Below are positions 60,801 to 64,000 of a DNA stretch of 64,000 bases, one piece after another. The stretch spans positions 372,001-436,000 of the forward strand of contig JASANG010003711.1 in the NCBI GenBank assembly GCA_030248215.1. The letters run 5' to 3'. Origin of the DNA: Enoplolaimus lenunculus (taxonomy: Eukaryota). The stretch's first letter is position 1; each line of letters starts with the position of its first letter. Below the pieces are notes generated by a model. That model was given only the letters and a program-made list of their open reading frames with translations. It was not told where the DNA came from and ran no database searches. The position numbers and the translations under genes were made by a program.

Positions 60801-63800
60801 GACCCAGGCATAGATCAATTTTGACGGTAGTTTAAATTTTTAAAATTAGGTCAGTACCCAGCGCCGCACCCTCGAAACTGTTCGGTTTTTGACTTTCGAC
60901 CCACAAAAGCACACACACTAATCATTTTTTTCTGTTCACTACTCTTGATGCCATTGTACCATTTAGTGGTGTGTAATATTTCAAAAACCAACATTTCATA
61001 ATATACTACAAATATTTTTAGGTAAAGTTCACGACCCACAGGCCGTACCACAAATGCAACAAGGGTAATTTATCAAAGGTTTATTGGTTCGCTTACCTGT
61101 CCCTCGTCACAGAGAACAATTAAGACCGCGGTCTATTTTTGTCAGTGATACTAAGTGAACAATTATATTGAAAAAAAAACTGAGTGAAAGGCATTGCAAT
61201 CGTTGCAATGTCCTACTGTAGTCAATTGAATCACCAGGAGACATTAAACTAAAAATTAATATATTTTTTCAACTGAGAATATAATTTTCTGATTTTATAC
61301 GAACAATTTCAGATTTTGAATTTGTGTTTATTTTGACGAAAATTGACATTTTTTACGAAAGCTCGAAAATTTTTAGGAAAATTGGACGCTATTTTTTGTA
61401 GTATTGTTTTATCCGCTGCAAACCGTCAGGACAATGCTATCTATGCTATGATTGGTCGATAGTTGTATCCAATCACAATTCGTCATAAGAACGTCAAATT
61501 AGGATTTGGTGCAACCAAAACAAACATTCCGGTTGGAAACAATATGATATATTTGCAATCGTTTATGTTTTTGATTAATAATTGCACTCGTTTGGAAACA
61601 TTGTTTTTAATACTGACGATGACTGTATAAAATATTTCCTGATCAAAAAATGTTATCAAGACCGATTTTCAATACTAATGACCTGTCTCAAATCAAAATA
61701 AATCCGTTACCGGTGGTTGACACTGGTTTGAACGCAATTCAGTTTCTGGGGTGATATAAACAAACACGACTAAAACATACTTTAGTCTTTAGCTCAGAGC
61801 CCTGTACTCTCAAATGTGTGCAGCACCTATCACCAGTTGATGATAGGTCGTGTAACTTTGGAGCCAGCGAATGGTCTGATTCGAAATTCAGCACATTGTT
61901 CGCGTCTGATTTGCCGTACTTCTGCACCAATTATACGATCTGCATTTGAAGATGTTCGTCAGTTTGAAAACCTATCGCAAACTGATGATAGGTGCTATAC
62001 GCATTGAGAATATCGGCCCGACTAATGTCTATTTTAATAATGTCGGAATGTAGGAAAAATGATACAATTAAAAACAAAAAATACGAGAAAAGTTAAGTGT
62101 GACGCAATCAAGAGTCAAATGAAATGAAGAGTAAAAACTCGCGTGCGATAAGCCAGGTGCAATTGCAGCATGCATAACAGCTATGCAAATTTTTATTTGT
62201 TTGGTTCCGATGGGGAATACGATTCCTAGATTGACGGTGTAAACCTGACCTAGAACGTGAAAAGTAAGATTTGAAGTACACGAATACACACAGCCCAGTT
62301 TGGAACTGAACAGACTGGTGTAAAGGACCTATGAAACAAAGACAGCCATCCAGTTGAATGCTAATACGACCTATAATATAAGAGGGCACCGAAGCTGCGA
62401 AGATTTTTTGATTTACGATTATTGTTCATATCATATAGCCCTTTAGCTCGAATCCAGCCTGATGGGCGGTATGAAGATGGTTATAGCGGCTTCTATAGAG
62501 TAGTTTAAAAAAACTCACTACCGAAGCAAACGAAAAGCCAGCGTATTTTCTGCAGTAAATGTTTTACATTACAATACAAAACGTTAGTTTTGGCGAACGG
62601 TTAAAAGTGTCAGCGACACCGTTTATTTTGGCACGGCTGTCCAATTACACATCTGACGACCCTGTAACCGCGTACTTGGCCAGAAATCGGTAGGCAAAAC
62701 AGTTGCAATATAAAAGACTGCAATTAGGTCGTTACGGGCGGTGAAAATTTTTTCCAGCAGCGAAAACAACGCTTCACTTGTGGCAGTCTTATTTAACATA
62801 AGCTAAAATAAAATCGAGACGAACACATTACGTTTTAAATTTAATTAAAAAAGTTAAAGAACTAATGTGTAAAATTTTGAAACCTCCACCTATTGTGTCA
62901 CTAGTAGAAATATTACGTGAATCTTTGCTTTTTGTTGACAATTGGCAATTACCAAATATAAAATAATAGCTAAGCTACAGAGACGTGTGTCAAAGTCGAC
63001 TCATAACTTAGTCAATTTTGGAGTTAAGTCAAAAAACAGACTTAAGTTAGAAAACCGAAATTGAAATCCGTTGCAGGCATCTACTGAAAGTTTTTTAGCC
63101 CCTCCCCTAGCGAAACGAGTTGGCTACGGGCTTGTGTTTAAATAAATTACTTGTTACAAAATACTTCGTCTCACCTTTACTTTACGATCACCAACAGTCA
63201 AACTGATCAAAACAGCATCGTGTGATTTTTCGACAATTTTGACCACAGTTGATGCGTCAACTTTAAATCGCCGATTGACGCTCGCACTTCGTTGAAAATC
63301 TTCAGTCGTCAAAAGTTCAACTGGTTTCAGGTGTTGGTTTGCCAACCGAATAATTGTCCCTCGCCTAAAATATGAATTACAATGCTGGCCATGTTCACTT
63401 TTAGGCCATGTCTGTGAACCTTCCGATGTCATTGTGTTTCCGCCAGAGCCTGCTGAAATCAAATGTCCGGCTGAACTCAAATTTCGAGATAAATTCAAAT
63501 AATGTTTGTCAGTAGAAATCGGATAGCTATTCTGAGTGATACCATTCGCATTTCTTTGAAGTTGTTGGCAAGTGGGACAGCTATAGGTCGGACCAGAGCT
63601 AGCGCATTGTAATTTGCTAGCGGTACGTAAGGTTTGAGGTTGCGACAATGAATTGATTCCAACGGTTGTGTTTTGGTAAGAAGATGGCGATAATTTTAAC
63701 GACGCATTGGGTCCGCGGTTTTGGCAATACTGGGACACGAGCGGTGGCACTGGTTGATTTGTACTTGAATTTGAATGCAAATTTAAATGCTGAAAATATG

Positions 63801-63999
63801 GTTGATGTAGTAATGGTTTTACAAATTCTGATCGTTTATCTATTGTTGAACCATACGGCGAGGACAGTTGCGTTTGAAAATTTTGTAATGCCAACGCTGC
63901 CAGTTTGCTTACGGACGCGTCCCAAATTGTAGCTGGATCAAACTGGAGCAGGGATGGAAGAAGGAACGACGACGTCGGGTGGTGGTGGTTTTGAAAAAA
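57879..63999 (-). CDS. ATXN1: Ataxin-1-like AXH-domain protein, 5'-truncated by the window edge
   Basis: Frame open from the window end to the donor after 63175, spliced in phase 0 to 59666-57879. The joined AXH domain reads YFRRGTIIRLANQHLKPVELLTTEDF...DASTVVKI...VGDRKVK|FSVAAHTGHPFFVVGRGWSSYDPAQSMTIYNLTCHKLTVGDVCMSL; the protein ends GRRWSFS. Confidence 0.88.
59779..59947. mobile_element. Small hAT-type MITE (GGGCCCGTAGCC family)
   Basis: CGGGTCCGTAGCC...CTACGGGCCAG; TSD ACTTGTGT / ACTTAAGT; shares CCCTAGAAAATTTTCAA and GAAA(A)CCCTTGTAT with 50524-50631. Confidence 0.7.
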
Positions 64000-64000
64000 T

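Noticed and set aside
521..63999. Non-canonical introns or an altered genetic code
   Set aside because: All four gene models close with GT-AG introns in the standard code.

Overview
AT-rich metazoan (invertebrate-looking) genomic DNA with four spliced genes, all with GT-AG introns whose phases I traced by hand. (1) A 25-exon p107/p130-type retinoblastoma-like gene (+, 521-25356). (2) A PRPF38B-like splicing factor (-, 31566-35515). (3) A SPATA5/AFG2A-like double AAA+ ATPase (-, 37328-44379). (4) The 3' part of an ataxin-1-like AXH gene (-, 57879 to beyond the window end). Introns and intergenic DNA are packed with non-autonomous DNA elements: several hAT-type MITE families with 8-bp TSDs, a TA-flanked MITE, and a DINE-1/HINE-like (Helentron-associated) family whose central repeats expand into arrays. 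There is also a G-rich 9-bp minisatellite inside a dispersed repeat, a nested branched palindrome, inverted 20-bp arrays and a family carrying TTAGGC-like hexamers. I saw no transposase, RNA gene or CRISPR array. The most unusual signals are in repeat architecture and in a few protein and splice-site details; I cannot claim a wholly new system from sequence alone.
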